DNA of 64,000 bases, from assembly GCA_007119615.1 (NCBI GenBank), contig SKPH01000028.1, positions 4,134 to 68,133 of the forward strand. The letters run 5' to 3'. Of this stretch, positions 30,128 to 40,329 are shown piece by piece; within the stretch, counting starts at the first letter, position 1, and every line of letters starts with the position of its first letter. The notes below the pieces were generated by a model, which saw only the letters and a program-made list of their open reading frames with translations, was not told where the DNA came from and searched no databases. Position numbers and translations under genes: made by a program. This stretch comes from Syntrophomonadaceae bacterium (lineage in GTDB: Bacteria; Bacillota; Dethiobacteria; DTU022).

Positions 30128-30868
30128 TCAGACCAAAACACTATAGGTTTTTCCTTCCCTGGCCAGGTCGGCACCGGGAAAGTGTTTTTTTGCCTCAGTC
30201 AGCAATATCTCCGGATCCCTTGCCGGATGCCGGTGAGTCAGAAGTAGCCTCTTAACCCGGGCCTCCGAAGCAACTTCGGCTGCCTGGGCGGCGCTGAGAT
30301 GATTCGGCAGGTTCCTTTGCATGTCTGCATCCTGGAAACTTGATTCGCAGAGGAATAAATCAGCGTCTGCAGCAAACTCTGCGAGGCTGTTATGGTACTC
30401 TGTATCTCCAGAGTAAACCATAGTTTCCGATGATGATTGTATTCTATAGGCCAGGGAAGGGATAGAATGGACTCCCAGCCTGGTTTGAATATTAAACGGT
30501 CCGATTTGCAGTTCCTGATCTGTACCCAGGGGGATTACATCATAAGCATTTTTATACGGCAGTCTTTCAAACTCTGGTCCGGGTTCAGCAGGAGCATAAA
30601 GAGGCAGGGGTTCACTGCGCAAGCCCCGCTCGTAAGCCATCTCGAGACCATAGCGCATGATCATGATATCTGAGACGTGATCGGCATGCAGGTGAGAAAG
30701 GATCACGGCATTTAAGTAATAGTAGCTCATATGCTCCTGCAGCCGGCTTAATACGCCGTTACCGCAGTCGATTAAAAGGCTGTACCCTTCTTTACGGAGC
30801 AGATACCCGGAACAACAACCTCCTGCAGGCGGGTAGGGCCCATAACAGCCAAGAATGGTCAGTTTCAT
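30128..30868 (-). CDS. MBL-fold metallo-hydrolase
   Basis: HLHADHVSD metal-binding motif and beta-lactamase fold. Confidence 0.75.
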   Translation of the reverse strand: MKLTILGCYGPYPPAGGCCSGYLLRKEGYSLLIDCGNGVLSRLQEHMSYYYLNAVILSHLHADHVSDIMIMRYGLEMAYERGLRSEPLPLYAPAEPGPEFERLPYKNAYDVIPLGTDQELQIGPFNIQTRLGVHSIPSLAYRIQSSSETMVYSGDTEYHNSLAEFAADADLFLCESSFQDADMQRNLPNHLSAAQAAEVASEARVKRLLLTHRHPARDPEILLTEAKKHFPGADLAREGKTYSVLV

Positions 30869-31098
30869 TATTTACACCTCCGGCTTTTTCAAAATATTTT
30901 ACCGATCACCGATTTTGGACCCGGCCGGTTCTGTTTCAAGGATCTAATATTTTCCAGGTTATCTTGTTGCCCGCTATAATCAACCTGTCTGTCAGTTATC
31001 AAAGTAATTATTTAACTTTTAATCCCGGTTATACAGGAAACTGCCCTTCCTGCTGACAGCAGCAGAAATAAAATAATCCGGACAAGGCAGAAAGTCTG

Positions 31099-33420
31099 CT
31101 AAGTTACAGTTAATGCTTTGACTTCACCCCGATCAATTTTCGGCTGCAAAATTTCTTTAACTTCCCCCTTGGAACTGAAATAAAGAATTTGCCAGCCGTC
31201 GGCGCAGATTCCGGCCAGCATATTCATAAGCAGCTTTAACCTTTCAGAGTCGGCCTTGATAAAAGGATCGTCGAGGATGAAAAAACCTTTATTCCCTTCA
31301 AGCAGTTTTTCACCGAGAGCCAGCCTGATCGAGAAGTACAGCTGATCGTAAGCTCCTCCTGAAAGCTGATAAGCATCAAGCTCGATCCCGTCATCACGAA
31401 TAACCCTGATTTTATTTTCCCTGCTCTCAAAAACCACTTCCCGGTAACGTCCCCCGGTAATCTGGCTGAAATATCCGCTGACCGGGTTATCGGAACCGAA
31501 CAGGGCGGTAACTTTTTCTTCTTCCTCCTGCTCCAGGGCGCTAAGTATTTCAAGGGCTGCAGTAGCATTGGCCCTGTTATCTTCATGATCCCGGATCCAC
31601 TGATCAAGTTTTTGCTGGATTACTTCCAGATCTAAGGTGGTCTGGCAGGGCAGCATGCTCCCTTCAGATTCATGGAGCAGTTCATTAATTCCTTTTTCAA
31701 TATCGCGCAGCGCATCATGACGTTCCTGCATTTTTTCACTCAACTTTTTTTCGTCCCGGTCCAGCTCCTCAATTTCTTCGTTCAGTCTTGTAAATTCTTT
31801 CTGGTCATATCTTAAACCCTTTGCGGCTTCTGCATAGTCCTGAACGCCTTTTACCTCTTCCTCCCAGAATGATATCCGGGCCTCCCCGGAAGTCAACTCA
31901 GAGCCTTCCCCAAAATGGCTGCTCAATATGCTGCTCTGCCTTTCCGCTTCACCTTTGCACTTCTCTTTCTTATCCAGGACAGCGCTATATTGATCCAGTG
32001 TATCGAGCCCCGAATCCCTCCGGATTTTATCGATCTTTTCTTCTGTTTCGTTTATTTTCAATAATTTTTCCTGCAGTTCTGACTGAAAACGTTTTTCTTC
32101 TTTCAGCTGCCACTGCAGCCCGGTTTCTGCTTCGCTTAGCTGATCGGCTGCAACAGCCAGGCTCTTCTTAAGGCTGCTGATTTTTGCCCGGACTGTCTGG
32201 ATATCACCCGCGGGCAAACCGGCTTTTTCGGCTTCACCACGGACTTTTGCTTCAATTTCCGCCAGTTCGCTCTTCTTTTTTAAAAAGCGGTATTTATTCC
32301 AGGCCAGCGTTGCGGTTACGGCAAAGGAAACCGCAAGCATTGTTAAGAGCCACCATGCAGGCTGGAAAATGGCGCCGGTCAGGGCCAGTATAAATACCAG
32401 GGTTGAGACTACAGCCGTCCGATTGTAGAGAGTTGAGCTGACAAGCGGCTCCTGCCCCTGAACGGCAAGATATTTACGTTCATATTCTGCCAGCACCGGT
32501 TCGACCTTTTCTGATACAGCGGCAGTCTCAAACTCGGCCTTTTTATATGCACTCTTTTTTTCGCTTAAATCGTCCCGGGCTACCTGCAAAACTGTTTTAT
32601 GTTCTTCCATCTCCCGTTCCAGCCTTACCAGGTCATTGCGGAAATGATTAAGGCTTGTTTCAGCAAGCTGCCAGGCATCGAAATCGTCCCGGTTGTAATT
32701 TTTTAACTCTTCCGCTTCAGCAAGGACCCGTTTCAACCGCCCGAGGGCCTCTTCCCCTTTTTCAAACAGTTCCCTGTTCTGAGCGGCCCGGTACAGGTTC
32801 AACTTTTCCACCTTATCGCGGTTCCGGGCTTCCAACCCGGCAAGCTCTTCTTCAAACCGGCTGAAACCTTCTTCATTCAAATCAGCCAGCAGTTCTTCAA
32901 CTCTTTCCGACAAACTTTGCGCCTTCCTGATTTTGTCTTTCAATTTTACCGGGGTCACATTCTGATATTCACCGCCTGCAGTGATCCCGCCCAACTCATA
33001 AATCCTGTTTTTTATTTCATCGATCTCTCCGGTGCGAAGACCGGTCAACCGGTTGGTAATATCCCGGTAAAACATACTTTCATTGTTAATCGAGAGATCA
33101 CTGTCGCGGATGACAAAGATACTTGCAAACTCGGTAGGACTGAGACCAAATAGCTCTTCGACAGTGCCGGCGTCGGGCAGTTTGAACTCTTTGCGATCCC
33201 CGTCCTCTAGAACCAGGTAGCCGTCGGGGTTTTCATCTACCCTTTTAATGCCTTTAAACTGCCTGATACCTTTACCGAGCAGCATCCTGAGCAGGGCATC
33301 AATGGTCAGGGTTTTGCCTTCCTCATTGGGTCCCGAAAACAGGTTGAAAGAGCCTGTTTTTTTCAGTCCGGTATCAGGCAGGGGCCCGTAGCGCCTGATT
33401 GAAAACTCTTTCAGGAACAT
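31099..33420 (-). CDS. SbcC/Rad50-like AAA ATPase with central transmembrane hairpin (Bacillus YhaN/SbcE-type)
   Basis: N-terminal Walker A (GPNEEGKT). Long coiled coils. Two central TM helices (VVSTLVFILALTGAIF, WWLLTMLAVSFAVTATLAW). C-terminal signature LSGGAYDQ and D-loop ILDDPF. Confidence 0.75.
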   Translation of the reverse strand: MFLKEFSIRRYGPLPDTGLKKTGSFNLFSGPNEEGKTLTIDALLRMLLGKGIRQFKGIKRVDENPDGYLVLEDGDRKEFKLPDAGTVEELFGLSPTEFASIFVIRDSDLSINNESMFYRDITNRLTGLRTGEIDEIKNRIYELGGITAGGEYQNVTPVKLKDKIRKAQSLSERVEELLADLNEEGFSRFEEELAGLEARNRDKVEKLNLYRAAQNRELFEKGEEALGRLKRVLAEAEELKNYNRDDFDAWQLAETSLNHFRNDLVRLEREMEEHKTVLQVARDDLSEKKSAYKKAEFETAAVSEKVEPVLAEYERKYLAVQGQEPLVSSTLYNRTAVVSTLVFILALTGAIFQPAWWLLTMLAVSFAVTATLAWNKYRFLKKKSELAEIEAKVRGEAEKAGLPAGDIQTVRAKISSLKKSLAVAADQLSEAETGLQWQLKEEKRFQSELQEKLLKINETEEKIDKIRRDSGLDTLDQYSAVLDKKEKCKGEAERQSSILSSHFGEGSELTSGEARISFWEEEVKGVQDYAEAAKGLRYDQKEFTRLNEEIEELDRDEKKLSEKMQERHDALRDIEKGINELLHESEGSMLPCQTTLDLEVIQQKLDQWIRDHEDNRANATAALEILSALEQEEEEKVTALFGSDNPVSGYFSQITGGRYREVVFESRENKIRVIRDDGIELDAYQLSGGAYDQLYFSIRLALGEKLLEGNKGFFILDDPFIKADSERLKLLMNMLAGICADGWQILYFSSKGEVKEILQPKIDRGEVKALTVT

Positions 33421-34481
33421 GCCTTCACCACCCTGAAAGCCCTGATGGCCATCTTTTTTACTGCTTCTTTTTGGTCCCGAGGGTAATCGGCCTGTTCAAG
33501 TTTTTCGTTAAACTGCTTAAAGAGATCATCTTCCAGGATATGCTGAACATCGTAAAATTCCAGGGCTGGTTCTTCGGCAAAACGGGATCCGGCCCTTTCC
33601 ATAATCCCTGCCGCCAGCTCATTTTCATCCATGCCGAGGGCTGAGCCATTAAACAGACCGCGGACAGTAAGGATCACTTTTGCATTCCGGTGCAGCTCCT
33701 GCATTTTATTATCAAGGAGAGAAAGAGGATCTTCCAGGTTGAAGGGGTCAAGCGATATAACCAGTTCTTCGAAGTAATGCGTGTCCAGAGGTATTTCTAC
33801 CGGATCCTCACCCGGCGCAACCAGGTTTGCGGCCCTCCTGCCGGCCTCCCGCCTGGTAACTGCGACCGGAGAGCCGGAATAGATAAATAATCCCCCGCCG
33901 GGTATCTGCCAGCTCGTATACCGGGAATGGAAATGCCCCGCCAGAACATACTGAAGGGGTAGCGATTCGAAGTAAGAGAGGCGGACCGGCATGTATCTCA
34001 GGTCGCCTTCATCTCCCAGATCTTCGCGGGAGAAAAATGCATCCAGGAGCTCTCCGTGAAAAAGCAGAAAGTTCGCTTGATCAGGATTCATGCGCCCGGC
34101 CATATCCCGCAAGCGGCTTACCATTCTGCCACCGCTCAAACGCTCGTAAGGAAGGCCCCAGATTGCCGCATCGTCGATGTAAACCGGCTCTTCCCAGTTG
34201 GTGATTACTGTTACATTCTCACCAAAGTAGAGACCACTGCGGTAAGACCTGTAATCGTGGTTTCCCGGAAGGATTATTGTCATGAAATCTGCGCCGCCGA
34301 GCTCGGATCGCAGCCGGGCCCTGAGCTTCTCTGCTTCAATATTATGATCAAAAAGATCGCCGGCTATTACCAGGGCTGAAACCTGATGCTTCCTGGCGAT
34401 TTCCACGAGTTCACCCAGGGCATCCCATCGTTCAGCAGCAGTTTCTGTTAAATGTAAATCAGCGGTATGCAGCAGCTTCAA
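33411..34481 (-). CDS. SbcD/Mre11-like metallophosphoesterase (YhaO/SbcF-type)
   Basis: LLHTADLHL, IAGDLFDH, LPGNHD motifs. TTG start. 10-nt overlap with the ATPase gene. Confidence 0.75.
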   Translation of the reverse strand: MKLLHTADLHLTETAAERWDALGELVEIARKHQVSALVIAGDLFDHNIEAEKLRARLRSELGGADFMTIILPGNHDYRSYRSGLYFGENVTVITNWEEPVYIDDAAIWGLPYERLSGGRMVSRLRDMAGRMNPDQANFLLFHGELLDAFFSREDLGDEGDLRYMPVRLSYFESLPLQYVLAGHFHSRYTSWQIPGGGLFIYSGSPVAVTRREAGRRAANLVAPGEDPVEIPLDTHYFEELVISLDPFNLEDPLSLLDNKMQELHRNAKVILTVRGLFNGSALGMDENELAAGIMERAGSRFAEEPALEFYDVQHILEDDLFKQFNEKLEQADYPRDQKEAVKKMAIRAFRVVKACS

Positions 34482-34699
34482 GGTTATGGATTTACCTCCC
34501 TGCGGTTAAATACGGCAATAATTGATCCTGTTTTCAGGGCTTGCGGGGTTAAGAGAGCTGTTACGCCCGGCTAACTGCCCGGGGTAGGAACAGCTTCACC
34601 TTTATTCCCGGTAGATGAGAAGGTTTTAAAATTGCAATCAGGATCAGAACGACAATAAGTTCCTACCCGAAACACCGCGAGTATCATCTCAGAGACATT

Positions 34700-34737
34700 C
34701 AAAAACAGGGCGGCAAGGGCCCGCCGCATGGCGGGCA
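34700..34737 (-). terminator. probable intrinsic terminator after membrane protein gene
   Basis: Minus strand: GCCCGCCaugcGGCGGGC overlapping GGCGGgcccuugCCGCC-CUGUUUUUG. Alternative hairpins with a U-run. Confidence 0.4.
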
Positions 34738-34815
34738 GAAAGCTCCGGGATTCCGGCTGGTGAATTGTCTAATCGATTTATTATTGTAAACCAGGCGTTT
34801 CGACAACACCGGTTT

Positions 34816-35316
34816 TTATGCTTGCTTTTTCTTAAAAATCTGATCGCCCTTTAAACCAATGGCTGTCAGCAGAAGTCCGAAAATAGCCATACCTATAGCC
34901 GCCTGCCTGAAGCGATATACGGCAGTTTCAAGGTATACGTCGGTAGTCGGACCGGTAAAGTATAAAATCGAATCACGTGAGACTGTAACCATCACGACCA
35001 GGACCAGTGTAAAAATCATGCATAACAACCCGGGTGGAAGAAAAACCCTGAACTTGTGATCGATAAAATATAAAAAGATCAGCATAAATCCAAAACCGGC
35101 CAGACAGAGCCAGAAGACATTATGGATAACCATCGGCTGAAGGTAAGCCTGAAAGATCACCATATCCCTTTCCAGACCGGTCGCTTCTGTAATAATTAAG
35201 CGGACCCTGTCTTCGGCCTGAACCCCGAACAGGGACAGGGTAAGAAAGGTCAATAATATTGTTATCGAAAATAGAAAACCAATTATTATTTTTACTGCAA
35301 CTCGCAAGCTGTGCAA
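34816..35316 (-). CDS. hypothetical integral membrane protein
   Basis: 5 predicted TM helices. No family assignable. Confidence 0.5.
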   Translation of the reverse strand: MHSLRVAVKIIIGFLFSITILLTFLTLSLFGVQAEDRVRLIITEATGLERDMVIFQAYLQPMVIHNVFWLCLAGFGFMLIFLYFIDHKFRVFLPPGLLCMIFTLVLVVMVTVSRDSILYFTGPTTDVYLETAVYRFRQAAIGMAIFGLLLTAIGLKGDQIFKKKQA

Positions 35317-35432
35317 AACGATATCCCTCCCACTTATTGATTTATCTCTTAATCCGGCAAATATCGTATGAAGATTAGGAATTAACCTTTACAATTCGAC
35401 CGCTGTTACAGATAATCCTGCCTGAATAAAAT

Positions 35433-36752
35433 TTACTTTTCAGGTTCGATCCAATCGACCAATCGTGAGCCGGGGCAGGTGATGGTCTGAGAGCGGTCCG
35501 GTCCGATCGAAATAAGTTCAACTTTAACTCCAACCGCTTCTTCGAGAGCGCTGATAAAATGCCTGGCGGCAGCCGGCAATTCCTCAAACCGGCGGACCCT
35601 GGAGAGATCCTCGTCCCAGCCGGGGAATGATTCATAGATTGGGCTGCAATCTTTCAGCTCTTCGATGCTCATAGGGAAGTGTTTAATTTCTTTTCCGTTA
35701 CAGCGATAGGCAACCGCCAGATTAATCATTTCCATACCGCTCAATACATCCAGCTTAGTTAGGGCCAGGCCCGTCAGACCGTTAATCAATGCTGCATAAC
35801 GGGCAATTACAGCATCGAACCACCCACAGCGACGTGGCCGGCCTGTCGTTGTCCCGAATTCATTGCCCCGCTGCCTGAGTTGTTCTCCTGCTTCGGTATT
35901 GTCTTCCGATGGGAACGGTCCTTCTCCGACTCGTGTTGTATAGGCTTTAATGACACCCAGGGCCTGCCCGATATACTGAGGGCCAAGCCCGGTCCCGGTC
36001 GCCGCTGCTGCGGCCACAGTCGAAGAAGAAGTGACATAGGGGAAAGTTCCGTGATCAATATCCAGCAATGCACCCTGGGCTCCTTCAAAGAGAATTTTTT
36101 TCCCACTTCGGAGGTTATCATCCAGCAGCAGAGACACGTCGGTAACCAGGGGTCCCAGTTTTTCCAGAGCGGAACGGTAACGATCGGCTAATTGATCCAA
36201 ATCGTAGCCGGGGTGATCAAAAATTTCTTCAAGTAACCGGTTCTGCAGCGGGAGTATTTCAGATAAACGATTCCGGAAACGATCAAAGTCGGTCAAATCA
36301 ATGGCCCTGATCCCACGGCGCAAAGCCTTGTCGGCGTAGGCCGGACCGATTCCGCGCCCGGTGGTTCCGATCTTCTTTTCGCCCAATAATTTTTCATTTG
36401 CCTCATCAAGATCTTCGTGATAAGCCATAATCAAGTGGGCTTTTCCGCTAATCCGCAGGTTTGAGATGCCGATGCCGCGTTTTTCCAGTTCGTCGAGCTC
36501 CTGAATTAAGACCAGCGGGTTAATAACCATTCCGTTTCCCAGGAGGCAAAGTGTGCCCGGGTTAAGAATTCCTGAAGGCACATGGTGCAGTTTGAAAATA
36601 TTTGCCCCGTATACTACGGTGTGGCCGGCATTATTGCCGCCCTGAAAACGAACTACCAGGTCGGCTTGTTTGGCAAGGTAATCGACAACCTTGCCCTTCC
36701 CCTCATCACCCCACTGGGTTCCAACTACCACCAGGCTTTTTACTTTATCCAT
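35433..36752 (-). CDS. purA: adenylosuccinate synthetase
   Basis: VVVGTQWGDEGKGK, GGNNAGHT, TTGRGIGP motifs. The internal ATG (MDKVKSL) is more likely than the track start 36770, by alignment to PurA N-termini. Confidence 0.85.
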   Translation of the reverse strand: MDKVKSLVVVGTQWGDEGKGKVVDYLAKQADLVVRFQGGNNAGHTVVYGANIFKLHHVPSGILNPGTLCLLGNGMVINPLVLIQELDELEKRGIGISNLRISGKAHLIMAYHEDLDEANEKLLGEKKIGTTGRGIGPAYADKALRRGIRAIDLTDFDRFRNRLSEILPLQNRLLEEIFDHPGYDLDQLADRYRSALEKLGPLVTDVSLLLDDNLRSGKKILFEGAQGALLDIDHGTFPYVTSSSTVAAAAATGTGLGPQYIGQALGVIKAYTTRVGEGPFPSEDNTEAGEQLRQRGNEFGTTTGRPRRCGWFDAVIARYAALINGLTGLALTKLDVLSGMEMINLAVAYRCNGKEIKHFPMSIEELKDCSPIYESFPGWDEDLSRVRRFEELPAAARHFISALEEAVGVKVELISIGPDRSQTITCPGSRLVDWIEPEK

Positions 36753-36766
36753 ACGGACACCGCCCA

Positions 36767-38203
36767 TCATTGACTGATTTTTTCCTTAAGCAGTTTATTT
36801 ATTTCTCCCGGGTCAGCTCTTCCACCGGTTAAAGCCATTACCCGGCCGACTAAAAAGGAAATAGCCTTATCTTTACCCTGGAGATATTTTTCAACCACAG
36901 CAGGATTTTCTGCAACCACTCGTTCAACCAGGGGCATAAGTTTTTCCCGTCCCGATACCCTTTCCAGACCTTGTTCCTTAACCAATTCTTTGGGGCCTTT
37001 GCCGCTTTTAACCATTTCCGAAAGCAGCTCCTTGGCCACAGGGCGATTAATGGTCTCCTGATCAAGCAGCGTTAGCAATTCAATAAGCTGTTTCGGCTGG
37101 ATCTCTTCGACAGGTTTACCGGATTCACGAATCTGGTAAAGCAGATCACCCCGGACCCATTTTGCAAGGCTGCGGTAATTACTGTATTCTTCGGCTGCCG
37201 ATTCAAAAAAATCTCCCAGGGCCCGGTTTTCTGTAAACAGCCCGGCTTCCCCGGCTTCAAGGCCGTATTGCTGCTTTAATCGTGTGCGGCGCTGAAGCGG
37301 CAGTTCCGGGAGTTGTTCGGAAATGTTTTGAATTAACGCGCGGTCAAGCGTTAAGGGTAAAAGATCCGGTTCGGGAAAATAGCGGTAATCGGAAGAACCC
37401 TCTTTGCCCCGCAGCGGTATGGTTTCCTTTTTTGCTTCATCCCAGTGGCAGGTTTCCTGAGCGATCGAACCGCCTGCCTTAAGTATTGCTTCCTGTCTTT
37501 TCGCTTCAAAGTTCAGGGCGGTCTCAACCGCGCGGAATGAGTTCATGTTCTTAACCTCTGTCTTAGTTCCCAGGCTGGAAAGACCTGATGGGCGTAGCGA
37601 TATGTTGGCGTCGCAGCGCAGTGAACCTTCTTCCATTTTACAGTCTGAAGCGCCTGTATAGAGTAGAAGCAGGCGCAGATCTTCCAGGAACAGACGTGCT
37701 TCGCGGCCGGAACGAATATCGGGCGCTGTAACAATTTCCAGCAATGGAATCCCGGCCCGGTTATAATCTACCAGAGAGTATTCAGAGCCCAGAATAGAAC
37801 TTCCGGAGTGTATCAACTTACCGGCCTCTTCTTCCAGGTGTACCCTTTCCAGTTTAATTTTTTTAAAAGACTGCTCAGATTCAATTTCCAGGAAACCGCC
37901 TCTGGCCAGCGGTTGTTCATATTGCGAAATCTGGTAAGCCTTGGGCAGGTCCGGGTAGTGATAATTCTTGCGGTCGAAACGGCTCTGATCACTGACAGCG
38001 CTATTCAGGGCTATCGCTGCAGTTACAGCCAGCTCGATCGCCCGGCGGTTAAAAACCGGAAGCGTGCCTGGAAGGCCGAGACAAATCGGGCAGCAGTTTA
38101 CATTGGGCTCCCTGCCAAAGGTTGTACTGCATCCGCAAAAAAGTTTAGATTTGGTCTGAAGTTCAAGGTGTATTTCCAGGCCGATGGCAACTTCATATTT
38201 CAT
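36767..38203 (-). CDS. gatB: Asp-tRNA(Asn)/Glu-tRNA(Gln) amidotransferase subunit B
   Basis: MKYEVAIGLEIHLELQT... is the canonical GatB start. Confidence 0.9.
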   Translation of the reverse strand: MKYEVAIGLEIHLELQTKSKLFCGCSTTFGREPNVNCCPICLGLPGTLPVFNRRAIELAVTAAIALNSAVSDQSRFDRKNYHYPDLPKAYQISQYEQPLARGGFLEIESEQSFKKIKLERVHLEEEAGKLIHSGSSILGSEYSLVDYNRAGIPLLEIVTAPDIRSGREARLFLEDLRLLLLYTGASDCKMEEGSLRCDANISLRPSGLSSLGTKTEVKNMNSFRAVETALNFEAKRQEAILKAGGSIAQETCHWDEAKKETIPLRGKEGSSDYRYFPEPDLLPLTLDRALIQNISEQLPELPLQRRTRLKQQYGLEAGEAGLFTENRALGDFFESAAEEYSNYRSLAKWVRGDLLYQIRESGKPVEEIQPKQLIELLTLLDQETINRPVAKELLSEMVKSGKGPKELVKEQGLERVSGREKLMPLVERVVAENPAVVEKYLQGKDKAISFLVGRVMALTGGRADPGEINKLLKEKISQ

Positions 38204-39685
38204 TTAAAGTTCCCCTCCTTCCGACAGCTTCACCCGCGGACGAAGAGGGAACGGATCCCTTTTTTGTTCCAGGAAGCCGGCTATTTTAAGCAACAGCCCT
38301 TCCCGGGAAGGAGGCGCGGTCATCTGCATCCCCAACGGCAGCCCGCAGCTGTCGATGCCGCTTGGAACAGACAGGGAAGGAACCCCGGCCAGGGCATCGT
38401 TAATATTGCAGATATCAGAAAGGTACATTTGCAGGGGATCATCGGCCTTTTCACCGATATTAAAAGCGGGAGTCGGGGTCGTTGCTCCCACCAGCAGATC
38501 AAATTTTTTGAAGGCTGCCTCGTAATCACGGCGAATAAGGGTCCGCACTTTCATGGCCTGAAGGTAGTAGGCATCATAATAACCGGCACTCAAGGCATAG
38601 GTTCCGATTATAATCCTGCGTTTTACTTCGGGGCCAAACCCTTCTCCCCTGGTCCGGCTAAACATAACTTCAATATTGTCCCCGCCGGCATTATACCCGT
38701 AGCGGACACCATCATAACGGCCCAGGTTTGAACTGGCTTCCGATGGGGCAATCAGATAGTACGCCCCGAGCCCGTAATCTGCAAGGGGCAGGGAAATTTC
38801 ATCAATTTCTGCGCCGTTGGCCCCCAACAGGGCTACCAGCTTCAGTACCGCCGCCTTCACTTCGGGATTAAAACCATCAGCCAGATTCTGCTTTATTACC
38901 CCTACTCTCAGTTTTTTTATCTCACCTTCAAGTCCGGCGGCATAATCGGGAACCGCTTCCGGAAGCGAAGTTGAATCGAGAGGATCGTAACCGGCCACAA
39001 CATCCATCAGCAGGGCACTGTCGTGAGCGGTAAGCGACAGGGGGCCAATTTGATCAAGCGATGAAGCAAAGGCAATTAAGCCGTAGCGGGAAACCCGGCC
39101 GTAAGTAGGCCTTAATCCGATCAGGCCGCAAAAAGAAGCCGGCTGGCGGATAGATCCCCCGGTGTCCGAACCGAGAGCCAGGGGAGCCATTCCCGTCGAG
39201 ACCGCGGCGGCGGAACCCCCGCTGGAGCCACCGGGTACTTTGTCCAGGTTCCACGGATTAGCGGTGCTAAAAAAGGCTGAGTTTTCAGTGGATGATCCCA
39301 TGGCGAACTCATCCATATTTGTTTTTCCGAGCAAGGGCATCCCGGCCCTCTTTATCGCTTCGACAACTGTCGCATCGTAAGGCGGGATAAAATTTTCGAG
39401 GATTCGCGAAGCACAGGTTGTACGTAAACCGGCAGTACACAGATTATCTTTGATTGCTATCGGCACTCCGGCCAGGGGGTGCAGATCTTCCCCGAGCAGC
39501 CTTTTTTTATCTACGGCGGATGCTGTTTCAAGGGCTATCAAAGGTGTATGAGTAATAAAAGCTTTGACATGAGGCTCAACCAGTTCGATGCGATCCAAAA
39601 AACTCTGGACGACTTCAACCGAACTAACCTCTTTTTTTTGAAGCATCAGGCTAAGATTCGCTGCCGTCTTTTGATATAGTTCCAT
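38204..39685 (-). CDS. gatA: Glu-tRNA(Gln) amidotransferase subunit A (amidase)
   Basis: Amidase signature GGSSGGSAAAV. GAGGG RBS before MELYQK. Stop abuts the gatB ATG. Confidence 0.9.
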   Translation of the reverse strand: MELYQKTAANLSLMLQKKEVSSVEVVQSFLDRIELVEPHVKAFITHTPLIALETASAVDKKRLLGEDLHPLAGVPIAIKDNLCTAGLRTTCASRILENFIPPYDATVVEAIKRAGMPLLGKTNMDEFAMGSSTENSAFFSTANPWNLDKVPGGSSGGSAAAVSTGMAPLALGSDTGGSIRQPASFCGLIGLRPTYGRVSRYGLIAFASSLDQIGPLSLTAHDSALLMDVVAGYDPLDSTSLPEAVPDYAAGLEGEIKKLRVGVIKQNLADGFNPEVKAAVLKLVALLGANGAEIDEISLPLADYGLGAYYLIAPSEASSNLGRYDGVRYGYNAGGDNIEVMFSRTRGEGFGPEVKRRIIIGTYALSAGYYDAYYLQAMKVRTLIRRDYEAAFKKFDLLVGATTPTPAFNIGEKADDPLQMYLSDICNINDALAGVPSLSVPSGIDSCGLPLGMQMTAPPSREGLLLKIAGFLEQKRDPFPLRPRVKLSEGGEL

Positions 39686-39733
39686 ATTAGCCCTCATTTC
39701 AAACTTAAATGGAGAAGGCCTAAAAAGGCCGAC

Positions 39734-40042
39734 CTACTTTTCAGCCTGCACATTGGAAATAATGCTTGGGACACGAAAAAAGTTTTTTTGGCGGCGGGGG
39801 GCATTTTGCAGCACTCTGTTCAGCGGCAGAGAAGGCCTGGTTTCATCTTCCCTCAGCACAACCGGTAGATCTAGAACATGGGAAGTAGGTTCAACCCCAC
39901 CGGTGTCGAGTTCCTGGATCCGGCGGGCGGTATCCAGGATATCGCTTAACTGGCCGGTCATCCGTTCTTTTTCTTCCGGTTCGAGGGTCAGACGGGCCAG
40001 GCGGGCTACATGGTCCACTTCCTTGCCAAAATCAACAGCCAT
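39734..40042 (-). CDS. gatC: Glu-tRNA(Gln) amidotransferase subunit C
   Basis: VDHVARLARLTLEPEE... AGGAGG RBS. Confidence 0.85.
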   Translation of the reverse strand: MAVDFGKEVDHVARLARLTLEPEEKERMTGQLSDILDTARRIQELDTGGVEPTSHVLDLPVVLREDETRPSLPLNRVLQNAPRRQKNFFRVPSIISNVQAEK

Positions 40043-40329
40043 TATTTCAACCTCCTGAAATTAAATAGCGCTAAAAACAGCAAACCGGCTTCCCTAAGCC
40101 GGTCTGAATGTTAGCAAAAGTTTAGCGGACATAACACATGTTTCTCTTCCAGGCCCGTTATAAGCCGCAGCTTCATGGTTCTTTTGGCTTTGCTTGCTGA
40201 TAGTATCACAGAATAATTTTAATCTATCCACACAAACCAGTCAAGGTTGAAGATTATTTTAACCCAATCGATTATGTTATAATTTTCCGTAGTCGGATTA
40301 ACAGGCAGGACAAAACCAGGGAACCGGGA

